From positions 32,001-96,000 of the IMG/VR virus record IMGVR_UViG_3300035698_017294: a DNA stretch of 64,000 nucleotides; one strand, written 5' to 3'. Of the stretch, positions 62,843-64,000 are shown piece after piece. The notes under the pieces were generated by a model that was not told the DNA's origin, did not search any database, and worked only from the letters and a program-made list of their open reading frames with translations. The DNA is from a virus. Position 1 is the stretch's first letter. Each line of letters opens with the position of its first letter. The translations under genes and the position numbers were made by a program.

Positions 62843-63646
62843 CTACTCCAATTTTATAGGGTCTTCTAACGGCGCCACTAGTGCCCGTTCAGCAAACCCC
62901 TTACTTACTGTTTTCTCAAGTTCAGCCTTTACCAATTCTGGTGAATTGGTCCTCCGGCTGAGATGCCCTATAACGACGTTTTTCAATCCGTCCGGGCCTA
63001 TCTTGTTTATTGCTTCTGCCATCTGTGTATTGCTCAAATGGCCCACAGAGCTGCGTATACGATCTTTTAGAAGCTCGTCATAGTCTAAGTACTCGCTAAG
63101 CGACAACTCGTCGTAATCGGCCTCTATGAATAATGTGTCAACGGATTCCATTTTACTGTACATTAGGCGTGATACCATTCCAGTATCTGTTAAGTAGCCT
63201 ATCTTATGTCCCGTCGGTTCGTGTACAATTAAGAACCCAACAGAAAATGCACTATCGTGTTTTGTGCTGAAAGGTGTCACTTTGAAGTTATCTACTTCGA
63301 ATTCTACGCCCGGCTCTATGTACTCAATGTACCCCTCATAGTCTGCGTCAAGCGTTTTCTTAGGTATACGCTCAAAGTACTTCGCTCTCTTTTCCATAGA
63401 GATTTGGTGCACCCACACCTTTGATTTGTGTTTCGACCATATAGGCCCAATACCCTTAATGTGGTCACCATGCTCATGTGTAATTAGAATATGGCTAATC
63501 TTGTGGCCTTTCGGCAACTTATCCAATAGCTTCGCGTTTAAAAGCTTAACACCTATTCCAGCGTCTATTAAAATTGCTGATTTATCATCATATATTACTG
63601 TGCAGTTTGCTTCCGACGATGACAGCATTGGCCAGAGACCTAGCAT
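62843..63646 (-). CDS. Metallo-beta-lactamase-fold nuclease (YycJ/WalJ-like)
   Basis: LSSSEANC, IDAG, THEHGDH, HD, TDTG, EADYD, GHLSN, HLS..N.P. Confidence 0.92.
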   Translation of the reverse strand: MLGLWPMLSSSEANCTVIYDDKSAILIDAGIGVKLLNAKLLDKLPKGHKISHILITHEHGDHIKGIGPIWSKHKSKVWVHQISMEKRAKYFERIPKKTLDADYEGYIEYIEPGVEFEVDNFKVTPFSTKHDSAFSVGFLIVHEPTGHKIGYLTDTGMVSRLMYSKMESVDTLFIEADYDELSLSEYLDYDELLKDRIRSSVGHLSNTQMAEAINKIGPDGLKNVVIGHLSRRTNSPELVKAELEKTVSKGFAERALVAPLEDPIKLE

Positions 63647-63837
63647 ATTCTCTTAACCATTGTTTGTAATTCAGTCATGGTTATCTTCCTCTTTCTGTAT
63701 TCCCTAGAACTGATATAGGCATATTCTTCGCCCTTATAATCCTCCTCTGGGTCACACGTGATACCAATGGACTCTATGTATACATAGGTCCCGTTTACTA
63801 GTTCCAACTTAGTTGATATTTTAAGATTACTAATCAT
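63640..63837 (-). CDS. Hypothetical protein
   Basis: Short ORF. Confidence 0.5.
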   Translation of the reverse strand: MISNLKISTKLELVNGTYVYIESIGITCDPEEDYKGEEYAYISSREYRKRKITMTELQTMVKRIC

Positions 63838-64000
63838 CTAATAAGATCCTTACAACTCTAACTGACTTACCATTTAATTTTCGTGAAAACGAGTCTTTGT
63901 CTAAAACTCTTCCTTCCTGATGCAGCTCACTGAATATTGCTTTGCGGCTATGCCCGAAGGTTCGCCCGACCTTCTGCAGGTATTCACATACTGCAGAATA
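63830..64000 (-). CDS. C-terminal end of a gene entering from beyond the window (winged-helix-like)
   Basis: Open frame YSAVCEYLQKVGRTFGHSRKAIFSELHQEG..RKLNGKSVRVVRILLDD*. Confidence 0.55.
   Translation of the reverse strand, partial: YSAVCEYLQKVGRTFGHSRKAIFSELHQEGRVLDKDSFSRKLNGKSVRVVRILLDD

Noticed and set aside
1897-63656. Numerous plus-strand ORFs of 60-175 aa
   Set aside because: They are antisense to clear minus-strand genes and have no motifs. Only 37551-38087 was retained.
1-64000. Stop-codon reassignment as in some huge phages
   Set aside because: Genes are full length in the standard code, TAG, TGA and TAA all end genes, and no suppressor tRNA was seen.

Overview
A 64-kb piece of a large (jumbo/huge) dsDNA bacteriophage genome. 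It uses the standard code, and essentially all genes are on the minus strand. Left to right it holds six blocks. (1) A family-A DNA polymerase, apparently cut by a group I intron at the window edge, and a sigma70-type factor. (2) A compact ubiquitin-like conjugation cassette: E1/ThiF, JAB protease, a Ubl-GlyGly fusion and a large unknown protein. (3) dUTPase and RecU. (4) A ~16-kb sugar-nucleotide/glycosyltransferase cluster (GDP-colitose-like and nonulosonic-acid-like pathways) containing an actin-fold ATPase, followed by ThyX. (5) A ~26-kb tRNA/RNA-repair island with about 20 tRNA or tRNA-like genes, tmRNA, a group I intron in tRNA-Leu(UAG) carrying an antisense endonuclease-like ORF, two RNA ligases, PNK, a pol-beta nucleotidyltransferase, a TROVE-like-TerD protein, vWA and SPFH proteins. 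This island also carries at least four duplicated families of unannotated structured ncRNAs, one of which mimics the 23S rRNA GTPase-associated centre. (6) A class II ribonucleotide reductase with a Gln-ending intein, and recombination genes. The best candidates for undescribed biology are the Ubl cassette (5.7-9.8 kb) and the RNA-only operon (46.2-48.8 kb). All calls come from reading motifs by eye; no searches or folding programs were run.
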